Virus record (IMG/VR): IMGVR_UViG_3300005719_000009 | Coordinates: 1-64,000 of that record | DNA from: a virus | Taxonomy: Duplodnaviria; Caudoviricetes | Strand: one strand, 5' to 3' | Length of the DNA stretch: 64,000 nt | Notes under the pieces: model-generated | Databases searched by the model: none | What the model was told of the DNA's origin: nothing | Seen by the model: the letters and a program-made list of their open reading frames with translations, nothing else | Shown: in pieces, positions 15,890-24,429 of the stretch | Numbering within the stretch: the first letter of the stretch is position 1 | Layout: each line of letters opens with the position of its first letter | Position numbers and translations under genes: made by a program

Positions 15890-16141
15890 ATGAAACTAAC
15901 ATTAACCCGTAGTAAATCATCCCTAGAAAGATACTACTTAATACCCGGCTCAATGGGATGCGCGGGAGAACCGTTAAATCATGCAAATCACAAATACCTA
16001 ATAGCTAATGGCGTTGATAATGGCAACGGATATCAGGGGTATATGTCAATATCTTATTTTTTAAAACAGGATTATATCCCAAAATCCGCAAAACAGAAAG
16101 TAATCAGATTATTATCGTCGGAGAATCTAATATTTGATTAA
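15890..16141 (+). CDS. Early hypothetical protein
   Basis: Co-directional ORF. Confidence 0.6.
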   Translation: MKLTLTRSKSSLERYYLIPGSMGCAGEPLNHANHKYLIANGVDNGNGYQGYMSISYFLKQDYIPKSAKQKVIRLLSSENLIFD

Positions 16142-16174
16142 ATCAAACACTATTCAATAACATTTAAATCATTA

Positions 16175-16384
16175 ATGATGGGAAACAATTATGAAGTAAT
16201 AGTAGGCAATGCCGGTACTATGCAATACGAAAATTACACCCTTGCTAAAGAGTGCTATGATACATATGTAAGACTTTCTAAGGATAGCGAAACAAGAGTG
16301 TCAAATGAGCCGGTAACACTAATGAAAGACGGTGAAATAATTGCCGAATATATTCCTGAGGACCGCAATAGTTTAATTGATTAA
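16175..16384 (+). CDS. Early hypothetical protein
   Basis: Co-directional ORF. Confidence 0.65.
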   Translation: MMGNNYEVIVGNAGTMQYENYTLAKECYDTYVRLSKDSETRVSNEPVTLMKDGEIIAEYIPEDRNSLID

Positions 16385-16541
16385 ATCAAACACTCTTCAA
16401 TCATGCCTCCTATACCATATACTTTAGTCTTAGGCCATACAGGCGGTTGGCACTGGCCAGCAAGCGATACAACCGTTATCAATACGCCTGATTATAATTT
16501 CTGGTTTACATTTCATTTCATAACAATAAACTGAAACCACA

Positions 16542-16829
16542 ATGAAAACACAAATTAAAATCAATGGGCAAATCGGTGGCAATCACAGATTAGCAAACCG
16601 AATTTTAGCAGTTGGTAGCCGAATAGAATCATGCGTAAATGGCATGTTTAATTCAAAGCTACTCACCTTTGAAACTAAACGGGCAGCAAAACAAGCGCTT
16701 TGGAAGTCCTATACTTCATTATGTGCCGAAGAGCCAACCGCCCGTGGTCATTTTGGCGGCATTAGGTATTCATCCGGATCAGCACTTTATTACGATGCCT
16801 CAGAAGCCGTTATTATCGATAATAAATAA
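16542..16829 (+). CDS. Early hypothetical protein
   Basis: Co-directional ORF. Confidence 0.65.
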   Translation: MKTQIKINGQIGGNHRLANRILAVGSRIESCVNGMFNSKLLTFETKRAAKQALWKSYTSLCAEEPTARGHFGGIRYSSGSALYYDASEAVIIDNK

Positions 16830-16867
16830 ACACAAGACTACAACCCTAACCTTCTAAACTCAAAATC

Positions 16868-16981
16868 ATGAAACGTTTATTCAAATCAATTTCACCCTTT
16901 TTCATTGGCATTCTTATTATGGTAGCCATATTCCTACTATTACACCATACCTCATTCAGTAACTTAAACTATTCGCGGTAA
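16868..16981 (+). CDS. 37-aa membrane peptide (not in ORF track)
   Basis: MKRLFKSISPFFIGILIMVAIFLLLHHTSFSNLNYSR. Confidence 0.55.
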   Translation: MKRLFKSISPFFIGILIMVAIFLLLHHTSFSNLNYSR

Positions 16982-17000
16982 AAACTAATTGAAACTTTTA

Positions 17001-17032
17001 TTTGGTATTTATAACCTCATTAAATACCTTTG
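17001..17032 (+). promoter_or_regulatory. Early promoter PE3 (near-leaderless)
   Basis: TTTG-N20-TAccTTTG, with the ATG at 17038. Confidence 0.8.
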
Positions 17033-17037
17033 TGTAT

Positions 17038-17280
17038 ATGGGACGAAAATCAACAAAACATTCAGGCGAAATGTACGCATTAGCTCAGACTACAATTGAA
17101 GGCATGCGAATTGGAGAAGTACGCATTATTGCATTGCCTTCAGATATGCCGTTTTTCAGAAAATATTTAAGCGAAATTGGCAAGCGCACAGACTGTAAGT
17201 ATACAACAAAAACAATGTCTGACAAGCTACACATAATGCGTATTAAATACTCAAATATCTATTCCAAAAAAGTAGAATGA
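17038..17280 (+). CDS. Small basic protein, possibly DNA-binding
   Basis: ATG just after PE3; basic, 80 aa. Confidence 0.6.
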   Translation: MGRKSTKHSGEMYALAQTTIEGMRIGEVRIIALPSDMPFFRKYLSEIGKRTDCKYTTKTMSDKLHIMRIKYSNIYSKKVE

Positions 17281-17321
17281 TTTTAGTTAACAAAGTTTTC
17301 ACTAAAACAATTGAAGTATTA

Positions 17322-17353
17322 TTTGGTATTTATAACGTTATGTATTATCTTTA
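17322..17353 (+). promoter_or_regulatory. Early promoter PE4
   Basis: TTTG-N20-TAtcTTTA with the shared GTATTTATAAC spacer. Confidence 0.8.
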
Positions 17354-17373
17354 CACTATCAAACTAAAAACAC

Positions 17374-17607
17374 ATGCTGTACTACAAAGTAAAACCACAC
17401 GCCGACCAAATAAACAAAGGAATCAGAACTAAAAAAGGATTTCTTATTAAAGATGAATTGTTTACGCCACGTGAAATAGAAAAAGCAATACAAGCTGGTA
17501 GAATTGATCACGAGTTCACAAAAAACCATTTTAGCCGTATAGAAATAAGCCCCAAACGAACCTATTTCTTTTTTGGTGCCAGAAAATCAGCAGCAGATAC
17601 TAAATAA
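17374..17607 (+). CDS. Early hypothetical protein
   Basis: ELFTP.E...TYFFFGAR motif. Confidence 0.7.
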   Translation: MLYYKVKPHADQINKGIRTKKGFLIKDELFTPREIEKAIQAGRIDHEFTKNHFSRIEISPKRTYFFFGARKSAADTK

Positions 17608-17626
17608 ATTTATTTAAAAAACACCT

Positions 17627-17791
17627 ATGCAACTACTTACAACATATTCATTCACAGCCAGTGACATTAACCTTATAACATTTGCGTTACGTCGGTTCGC
17701 TGAAACAGCTACCGTAGGCTCATTGGCGAAAGACGCAAAGAACTTAATTGAATACATAGAAGAGCAGAAAAAAGAAAAGGGCATTAAATAG
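17627..17791 (+). CDS. 54-aa early protein (not in ORF track)
   Basis: MQLLTTYSFTASDINLITFALRRFAETATVGSLAKDAKNLIEYIEEQKKEKGIK. Confidence 0.55.
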   Translation: MQLLTTYSFTASDINLITFALRRFAETATVGSLAKDAKNLIEYIEEQKKEKGIK

Positions 17792-17831
17792 CCGATGTTA
17801 CGTAACACTATAACTAATTAACTATAAACTT

Positions 17832-18029
17832 ATGGCACGCAGAAAATATCATACCGAAGCTACAGTTATACCGAAAACATTTGGGTCTGGGCATTCAGTA
17901 AATCATACTAAATACGGCAAAGGAAAGTGTGTTGGGTTTGTTCAGGGGAAATATTGGCGCATTCATTTTGACAGCGGGGATGTTCGAGATTTTTTACCCG
18001 CTAAATTATTTTCAAGTCTAATAAACTAA
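17832..18029 (+). CDS. Early protein, SH3-like (V.HTKYGKG.C)
   Basis: H..YG.G pattern. Confidence 0.6.
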   Translation: MARRKYHTEATVIPKTFGSGHSVNHTKYGKGKCVGFVQGKYWRIHFDSGDVRDFLPAKLFSSLIN

Positions 18030-18042
18030 TTAACTCTATTGT

Positions 18043-18300
18043 ATGAATCATTTTGCCGCTATAGAACATTCCGTAAAAACCTCTTTTAGAGAAAATTATT
18101 CACTGTATAAAGAAAAATACCCTTCGATTAATTCAATTCCAACAAACCGGGCGTGTGCTAATGCACTTGATTACGCCGACAGCATATATCATTTACGTGA
18201 AATAGAGCAGGAACAAAATGAAATAAAAGCCGGGGTCACATTAACACATTACGAAGACTGGGTTATTTCTGAATTAAAAGATTTAGCAAAAACAATATAA
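18043..18300 (+). CDS. Early hypothetical protein
   Basis: Co-directional ORF. Confidence 0.6.
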   Translation: MNHFAAIEHSVKTSFRENYSLYKEKYPSINSIPTNRACANALDYADSIYHLREIEQEQNEIKAGVTLTHYEDWVISELKDLAKTI

Positions 18301-18321
18301 CTAATTACTATAACACCTTAA

Positions 18322-18522
18322 ATGCCTTATATTATGATCACCACAAAAAACAGACAAGACGAAAACCTGCACACAGTTGAACAAATAAAAGCAGCAGGCA
18401 ATAAAATATACACAACCAAAGGAGACGAAGGGCTGCATACATCATACGGCAATACCCATACATTATGGACAGAAGCAGAGCCGGGACTATATAAGCCATA
18501 CCACGCATACACGCGCAATTAA
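18322..18522 (+). CDS. Early hypothetical protein
   Basis: Co-directional ORF. Confidence 0.6.
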   Translation: MPYIMITTKNRQDENLHTVEQIKAAGNKIYTTKGDEGLHTSYGNTHTLWTEAEPGLYKPYHAYTRN

Positions 18523-18556
18523 CAATGCATTATAACACCTTAAATACTTTACTATT

Positions 18557-18802
18557 ATGAACACAACAACACAACAACCAATAGAATTTACTAAATTAAA
18601 ACATGATCAAAATGGTAACCCGCGATATGTATGTAGCTGGCTGGCATTCAAAACAAAAACATACGCTGAAGCTATTAAGTTGGCAAATAAAATAGGCGGC
18701 AGAAAGTACAACAATAAAACGTTTGGTGGTGGTATCGTATTCACTTCATTTAATCCAAAAATAGAAGAAAAGCTGATTCGTGAAATTGCGGCAAAACAAT
18801 AA
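18557..18802 (+). CDS. Phage early protein (NGNPRY...GG.KY..K.FGGGIVF.S family)
   Basis: Motif recalled from widespread phage hypothetical proteins. Confidence 0.75.
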   Translation: MNTTTQQPIEFTKLKHDQNGNPRYVCSWLAFKTKTYAEAIKLANKIGGRKYNNKTFGGGIVFTSFNPKIEEKLIREIAAKQ

Positions 18803-18832
18803 AATTAACAAACACATTAAAAACACAACACA

Positions 18833-19747
18833 ATGAACACAACAACACAACAACCCGCATCAAACGACCTCCGCTATACCATCAATACACATGATGCAGA
18901 CGGAAATACAATGACTATAAAAATAAGGCTTAACGACGAATTCAAAAACGGTCATCAGGATTTTGCAATCACTGCCGACATATACCAAAAAGGGAAGCCA
19001 AAAACAGACCGCTACTTTATAGCCGGTGGTTGCTGCCATGATGAAATATTAGCCGCCCGCCCGGACTTGAAATTGTTTGTCGATCTTCACTTATGTGATT
19101 ATAAAGGCATCCCAATGCATGCAGTCCAAAATGGGTTTTATCATTTATATAATGGGTTTAATAACACAAAAGCTGATAACCCATCATTTGTTAGTGAGTT
19201 TTGCCAATACTACAGAATAACAACCATACAATTTGCTGCACTTTGCGAATGCGAAAATACAACTCAATACGCCTTACAGCTTCAGAATTTAGGCATATTA
19301 AAACAATGGGAAACACAAGCAAACGAAGCAATTAGTCTATTAGAAAAAATGACAGGTAAAAAGTTTTTGGTTGATAGTAAAAGAACACAATACAACGCCC
19401 CAACCCCCGAACAAATACAGGAAGAAAAAGAAAAACAGGCAAACGGGTACTATACACCCGCGGCCAAAGAACAACGAGAAAATGACAAAAAGAATGCATT
19501 GCACGCCAAAATAGATGCCGAATGGGATCAAAAAGTAAAAGAAATTAGCACAGAATACAGCCTTAAAAAACGCGTATTAGACATCGGGGGCGAAGCAGCA
19601 CTAAAAAATTGCATCTATTATAATCATACAAAACAATTAGCATTTAACTGGAAAGGATACGACCGCATAAGCGACGAGCTTATAAACAAAATAAAGGCTG
19701 AAATAATATTGCCTGACGGCGTAACAATTAGAGACGAAAAGAAATAA
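18833..19747 (+). CDS. Phage early protein (GGCCHDEI...FVDLHL.D..G.PM family)
   Basis: Motif recalled; function unknown. Confidence 0.75.
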   Translation: MNTTTQQPASNDLRYTINTHDADGNTMTIKIRLNDEFKNGHQDFAITADIYQKGKPKTDRYFIAGGCCHDEILAARPDLKLFVDLHLCDYKGIPMHAVQNGFYHLYNGFNNTKADNPSFVSEFCQYYRITTIQFAALCECENTTQYALQLQNLGILKQWETQANEAISLLEKMTGKKFLVDSKRTQYNAPTPEQIQEEKEKQANGYYTPAAKEQRENDKKNALHAKIDAEWDQKVKEISTEYSLKKRVLDIGGEAALKNCIYYNHTKQLAFNWKGYDRISDELINKIKAEIILPDGVTIRDEKK

Positions 19748-19776
19748 CTACTACCGAACCACTACAAGACTAAGGC

Positions 19777-20076
19777 ATGAAAATATACAAATATGAGCCC
19801 ACCTATTTTGTAAGATTGCAAATAGTAAAACAAAAAGAAGAGGCCGAATACTTGACTCTGCACGAAACCACCATTGAAGAAGTAAAAGAAATGTGCAAAA
19901 AAGTAGTAGTAAGCCAAAACATTACCCCATTTGAAAAAGGGTATAAAACAACTATCAACATAAGAGAAGCAACAGGAGGCACCAATGGAAAATCCACTTC
20001 TTTATCATTCAGGGGTATTAATCCAATCAAAGTAAAAGATCTTATTGTTGATTACATTGAATCTAATTATAAATAG
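19777..20076 (+). CDS. Early hypothetical protein
   Basis: Co-directional ORF. Confidence 0.65.
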   Translation: MKIYKYEPTYFVRLQIVKQKEEAEYLTLHETTIEEVKEMCKKVVVSQNITPFEKGYKTTINIREATGGTNGKSTSLSFRGINPIKVKDLIVDYIESNYK

Positions 20077-20155
20077 TTGTGTTGTTCATTAATGGCTGAA
20101 ACCTATCAGCACAACCAAATAGGGAGTAGGCCATTTAATTTAAATATTTAAAACT

Positions 20156-20374
20156 ATGCAAACAGAATTTACATGCGGGATATATCACGCGATACAGGTT
20201 GAAAGCAGATGGGAGATAACCGTAAATAAATATACATTAGCCGTAGTAACTATTGATGGCAAAAATGTAAAATTCTCTGATTTGCCAGTTCATTTGAAAA
20301 TTGACGATCTAATAGAAATAGTCGTATTAATGAACAACATTAAACGACAATACAAGCAATTTCACAATGCGTAA
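20156..20374 (+). CDS. Early hypothetical protein
   Basis: Co-directional ORF. Confidence 0.6.
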   Translation: MQTEFTCGIYHAIQVESRWEITVNKYTLAVVTIDGKNVKFSDLPVHLKIDDLIEIVVLMNNIKRQYKQFHNA

Positions 20375-20546
20375 ATTAACCTACAAACAAAAGCGCATCA
20401 TAGAGGCGCATCAATCAAACTCTTTAAAAAAAGACAACAAAGGGTACTACTATAGCGTACCCACGTCAATAAGACGTAGCGGCGAAATGAGAGTGCAACA
20501 AAAAGAAATTAACACATTAATAAAATTAGGACTATGGAACAAATAA
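20367..20546 (+). CDS. 59-aa basic early protein (not in ORF track)
   Basis: MRKLTYKQKRIIEAHQSNSLKKDNKGYYYSVP...; overlaps both neighbours. Confidence 0.55.
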   Translation: MRKLTYKQKRIIEAHQSNSLKKDNKGYYYSVPTSIRRSGEMRVQQKEINTLIKLGLWNK

Positions 20547-20830
20547 AGCCTTTATCTAAGGCGCTAAAAATAGCTGAAGAACAAATACCAATAACACCGG
20601 ATGATTCAGAATTATTAAAAGCAGGCAAATTATTGGCGCGAACTTCTTTTGTTTCTGGTGCTAAATGGCAGAAAGACGAAGACGCCGAAATATTAAAAGC
20701 ATTGTCTAGTGTATACAACGAATACATGCAGAGCACAAAAAAGAATGGCAAACAACCATACACGGTACTTGTTTCCATGAATTTTCAAACAATGCAACAC
20801 GTAGCAACTATTTTAAACAAACACCTATAA
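20534..20830 (+). CDS. Early hypothetical protein
   Basis: SFVSGAKWQK motif. Confidence 0.65.
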   Translation: MEQIKPLSKALKIAEEQIPITPDDSELLKAGKLLARTSFVSGAKWQKDEDAEILKALSSVYNEYMQSTKKNGKQPYTVLVSMNFQTMQHVATILNKHL

Positions 20831-20833
20831 TTT

Positions 20834-21070
20834 ATGTCTAAATCAATTTTGAAACTCGTTAAAACAGAAAACCTAAAAGGGGAAATATGGTATCACATTT
20901 ACCACAATGACACATGCCTTAAAGCTTTTGTTGACGACACGTGCATTGATAGCGGAACGCCATCAGAAAAGACACTAAATGAAGCCTTAGACTTTTTCAA
21001 TAAAATGAAGCTCCGCCAAAAGGATGGCTACCCGAAAGTAACAACACTTGAATCATACGGAATGGATTAA
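20834..21070 (+). CDS. Early hypothetical protein
   Basis: Co-directional ORF. Confidence 0.6.
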   Translation: MSKSILKLVKTENLKGEIWYHIYHNDTCLKAFVDDTCIDSGTPSEKTLNEALDFFNKMKLRQKDGYPKVTTLESYGMD

Positions 21071-21078
21071 TTTAACAT

Positions 21079-21372
21079 ATGAAACTTACAAAACAACAGA
21101 GGCGCGAAATATATAAAAAGGCTTTAAAAATGCTGCATAATGAAATAAGTAACGGAACACAATGCACAGCCGTTTGCCCTAACTTATTCGATGTTTCACA
21201 ACAAATGGGCATTGAAGAAGGGTTCCTATCGATTTCAGTAGATTTCCCCGAATTTTATTCGCAGAAACCAGCCGACCGAAAACTAATTGACGTGTGGTGG
21301 GATTATGACAAAAACGGCAACCTACAAAGGGAAGAAGCTTTATTAAAAGCAATAGAACTGACTAAAGACTAA
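21079..21372 (+). CDS. Early hypothetical protein
   Basis: Co-directional ORF. Confidence 0.65.
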   Translation: MKLTKQQRREIYKKALKMLHNEISNGTQCTAVCPNLFDVSQQMGIEEGFLSISVDFPEFYSQKPADRKLIDVWWDYDKNGNLQREEALLKAIELTKD

Positions 21373-21575
21373 GCCCTACAAAAATACTAACCAAAAAAAC
21401 ATCAGTATGCCCCACTGAGCTACGCGGTAGCAAAACGAGGGTTCACGAAATCAGTCGTTATGAAAAACTAAATGATGGTCAGATTTGCGTCGCACACTTA
21501 CTATATCGGTAAAGTCTGACTAATAGTTGTTCACAGTTATTGATTTGTTGTAACCCGGCCAACCACCGGGTTACA

Positions 21576-21617
21576 TGGGAGGCAATGGAAGCGTAGGTTC
21601 GACTCCTACCCCTCCCG
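21576..21617 (+). ncRNA. Minimal tRNA top-half mimic (acceptor stem + T arm, no D or anticodon stems)
   Basis: TGGGAGG-CAATGGAAGC-GTAGG-TTCGACT-CCTAC-C-CCTCCCG; preceded by a 9-bp hairpin at 21550-21574. Confidence 0.55.
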
Positions 21618-21653
21618 CTAAATATTTAAAACTAAAACCACGATCTAAAAATC

Positions 21654-21875
21654 ATGAATCCACAACAACTTATTGGAACCGCCTTTGAATATTCCACAAT
21701 TTCAAGCTTATCCATTGGCATATCAAACGACATGGTAACATTGATTTCTTTAATGCGTATGTACGACCGACCGCATGAAGAAATGAAACTCCTTTCTGAT
21801 GTGCGCCTATTGCTAACTCAATACCACTTCACATACACACAATCAGCACTTGAAAAAAGTCTATTAAACAAATAA
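21654..21875 (+). CDS. Early hypothetical protein
   Basis: Co-directional ORF. Confidence 0.6.
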   Translation: MNPQQLIGTAFEYSTISSLSIGISNDMVTLISLMRMYDRPHEEMKLLSDVRLLLTQYHFTYTQSALEKSLLNK

Positions 21876-21888
21876 ATATAATCAACAA

Positions 21889-22173
21889 ATGAACACCCCA
21901 CACAAATACAGAAGATCAGCAATTCACTTTTGGATACTGCTCCCTCTTGCTATTATCATTGCAGTTATATTATTGAGCAGTTGCCGCCCACAACGTGGCT
22001 GCAATGGCACACGCGGAATGTCCGGCTATTCCAGCGTTGACAAAAAAATATTCACCACATTACACCTCGCATGGCTGAAGTGTCGTGAAACCGGCAAAGT
22101 AATCGCAACTGATATGAATGGAAATATTATCTGTACATACTACGAAACCCCATCTATATGCAAGGAACGATAA
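21889..22173 (+). CDS. Putative lipoprotein
   Basis: Basic N-terminus, hydrophobic core, LLSS-C lipobox. Confidence 0.6.
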   Translation: MNTPHKYRRSAIHFWILLPLAIIIAVILLSSCRPQRGCNGTRGMSGYSSVDKKIFTTLHLAWLKCRETGKVIATDMNGNIICTYYETPSICKER

Positions 22174-22358
22174 CATGGATAAACTGTGATGACAAGTTGC
22201 CGGAAAATGAACACGGTCAACCTTGCTCTAATGACATTTTACTTATTGCACCGGGTCAGAGACCAACTACAGGGTCTTACTGGGCACTCGCAGATCAATT
22301 TTCTCATTCAGCCGGGAATTGGCGACCGACTCATTGGGCTTACATAAATTACCCATAA
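22158..22358 (+). CDS. DUF551-like protein
   Basis: WI.C.DKLP ... PTHWAYI.YP. Confidence 0.65.
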   Translation: MQGTITWINCDDKLPENEHGQPCSNDILLIAPGQRPTTGSYWALADQFSHSAGNWRPTHWAYINYP

Positions 22359-22370
22359 ACAAAAACAAAC

Positions 22371-22577
22371 ATGAAACAAAAAACAACCCAAGACCCACTA
22401 ATTAAAAAGTTCGGCGTTCCTAAATACAAGGAAGGCGACAAAGTAACTACTTCGGTTACCGGAAAAGAAGTACTTACAATAAAAGGCGAAGCATGGAACA
22501 ATGGCTTTAGCTGGATGTATAACTTTAAAGAAAAAACAATGTCTGCTGGTCAATCGTATATAAAACCAGCAAACTAA
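22371..22577 (+). CDS. Hypothetical protein (SH3-like)
   Basis: PKYKEGDKV pattern. Confidence 0.6.
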   Translation: MKQKTTQDPLIKKFGVPKYKEGDKVTTSVTGKEVLTIKGEAWNNGFSWMYNFKEKTMSAGQSYIKPAN

Positions 22578-22606
22578 ATCTCTAAACAAAATAAACAAAA
22601 TCAAAA

Positions 22607-23143
22607 ATGAAACATTTAATCTTTGCCCTATTAATGGGGATCGGTATTGCCAGCATGGCACAGAACGGTGGCCAATATCCCGAAAACAATACAGCCAAAC
22701 TTGAATACATGGGAGGCGGTAAAATTAAGATCATAAACAAACAATCTTTCCCATGCGACTTCAAAGTGAACGACAGCAAGACTGAGAGCGATATAACAAT
22801 CCCAGCCAATTCGAACTACCTGTATCAACTGCCTCCTGACTTATTAACAAATATCCACTTTAAGGTTAAGTGCGTTACAAACAATGGCATTACTGACTTA
22901 GGATGGATTGAACTATTCTTAACGTCACTACCATTGAAGTTTGTTAGCTTCAGCACAACGAGAATATCAGACACAGAGTTCTGGGTTGACTTTGAAGTAG
23001 CAGAAGTAACAAACGTGAAACAATTCAATATAAAAGCATCCTTAGATGCAAAGGTGTGGAAGGTTATTACTATCTTATTCCCTGATGAAATACAACCTAA
23101 TCGTAAATATTCGGTAAAAATAAATCTAAGTCAATGGAAATGA
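22607..23143 (+). CDS. Sec-exported protein with a Bacteroidota LP(L/V).F..F Ig-like domain
   Basis: Signal MKHLIFALLMGIGIASMA|Q; LPLKFVSF...F.I..S.D.K.WK.I. Confidence 0.65.
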   Translation: MKHLIFALLMGIGIASMAQNGGQYPENNTAKLEYMGGGKIKIINKQSFPCDFKVNDSKTESDITIPANSNYLYQLPPDLLTNIHFKVKCVTNNGITDLGWIELFLTSLPLKFVSFSTTRISDTEFWVDFEVAEVTNVKQFNIKASLDAKVWKVITILFPDEIQPNRKYSVKINLSQWK

Positions 23144-23532
23144 AACACACGCCGGGGCCGTGGAAATTCCCTTTCAATCAACTCCCGGAAACGACCACAA
23201 AGATTACTGTATTGCCTGAAAATGACCCCAATAACGGCATTGGTTGGGATTTTAAAACAATTTACATATCAGACAACGACAACAACGTATTAGCAGAGGT
23301 GAAGGCATTTACATGCAAAGGCTTCATTAACGACTTTAATCAATGGGAAGCGAACGCCAAGCTAATCGCCGCAGCACCAGCCATGTACGACGCCATTCAA
23401 TGCGCATTAAACATAAAAGACCTTTGGAGCGCTGACCCACAGGGTACTATATCTGCTGATCGCGAAGGCGAAATGCAAGCCCTTAAACTAATGCAAGAAA
23501 AGTTTGAAGCAATCATCAAAACTCTTGACTAA
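23134..23532 (+). CDS. Phage protein of the HTPGPW...ANAKLIAAAP family
   Basis: Signature motifs. Confidence 0.8.
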   Translation: MEMKHTPGPWKFPFNQLPETTTKITVLPENDPNNGIGWDFKTIYISDNDNNVLAEVKAFTCKGFINDFNQWEANAKLIAAAPAMYDAIQCALNIKDLWSADPQGTISADREGEMQALKLMQEKFEAIIKTLD

Positions 23533-23564
23533 CCAATAATAATTATCAATTAAATAAAAACAAC

Positions 23565-23741
23565 ATGAAAAAAACACTTTTAGCGTTAACTATTGTCTCT
23601 TTGGCTACTGCATGTAAAAAAGACTACATTTCCAAAGACCACAAAACAGAAACAACTGTTTATCTACAAATCGAAGCTCCTGACAATGACAACTTAACAA
23701 CAACGGTATCGGATATTAAAACCGTAAAAGTAAAGCAATGA
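23565..23741 (+). CDS. 58-aa lipoprotein (not in ORF track)
   Basis: MKKTLLALTIVSLATA-C-KKD. Confidence 0.7.
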   Translation: MKKTLLALTIVSLATACKKDYISKDHKTETTVYLQIEAPDNDNLTTTVSDIKTVKVKQ

Positions 23742-23846
23742 CGAAGTGGCCCGTAAATGCCATTACTAAATAGCTTCTTTGTAGTCACCACCAACCAAAA
23801 GCCGGGGTATTGGGCAGTGTGGCCCCGGCAATTTTAATTTAAAACT

Positions 23847-24329
23847 ATGCATACAGAAAAACACTTTCAATTCGCCACACTCCTACAACAACACACCGGC
23901 ATCGTATACAGCACCATATCGAAATATGGGCACGAAGGCATCAGCCATGAGGACTTGTTTCAGGAGGTAGCCCTTAGAGCGTGGCAGGCTTATGATAGAT
24001 TCAGGGGTGATGCAAAATTTAGCACATGGCTGGCATATATCACCCGTAACACATGCGTTGATGCGTGGAGAAGATTAAAAACAACCGTTCAAACTGTAGC
24101 CTTTAGCAACTGTTTGTTTGAGGTAGATTTAGCAGACAATACTGAGGAATATCAAGAGCCGGTTTCGCTACCCACAATCGACTCCTTTACTACTATTGAA
24201 AAAACAACCCTTAACTACATTTTAGAGGGTTTAAGCTATAAACAAATAAGCGCTCTTACAGGAGAACCAACTAATAGAATCGCAGTGAGAATGCACCGGA
24301 TCAAAAAAGAATTTGCAAAGCACTTATAA
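23847..24329 (+). CDS. ECF-type RNA polymerase sigma factor
   Basis: EDLFQEVALRAW..YDRFRGDAKFSTWL..ITRN.C.D; region 4 GLSYKQIS..TG....I..RMHRIKK. Confidence 0.9.
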   Translation: MHTEKHFQFATLLQQHTGIVYSTISKYGHEGISHEDLFQEVALRAWQAYDRFRGDAKFSTWLAYITRNTCVDAWRRLKTTVQTVAFSNCLFEVDLADNTEEYQEPVSLPTIDSFTTIEKTTLNYILEGLSYKQISALTGEPTNRIAVRMHRIKKEFAKHL

Positions 24330-24353
24330 CTATTTAGTTCGAGAAGGTAACAC

Positions 24354-24387
24354 AAAAAAGGGGCGATCACTCTTGATCTGGCCCCTT
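24354..24387. terminator. Terminator between the convergent early and lysis modules
   Basis: AAGGGGC-GATC...GATC-TG-GCCCCTT stem with A6 on the left. Confidence 0.55.
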
Positions 24388-24429
24388 ACTTACTCTTTAA
24401 GAACCCGCGAAACATCCAAAAATCGGGGT

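Noticed and set aside
14957-17037. TTG starts giving MVFIT... N-termini (14957, 17002)
   Set aside because: The TTG is part of the repeated -33 promoter element; downstream ATGs (15008, 17038) were used
21470-21525. c-di-GMP-I riboswitch (GACGCAAA on the minus strand)
   Set aside because: Antisense to local transcription, and the rest of the consensus is absent
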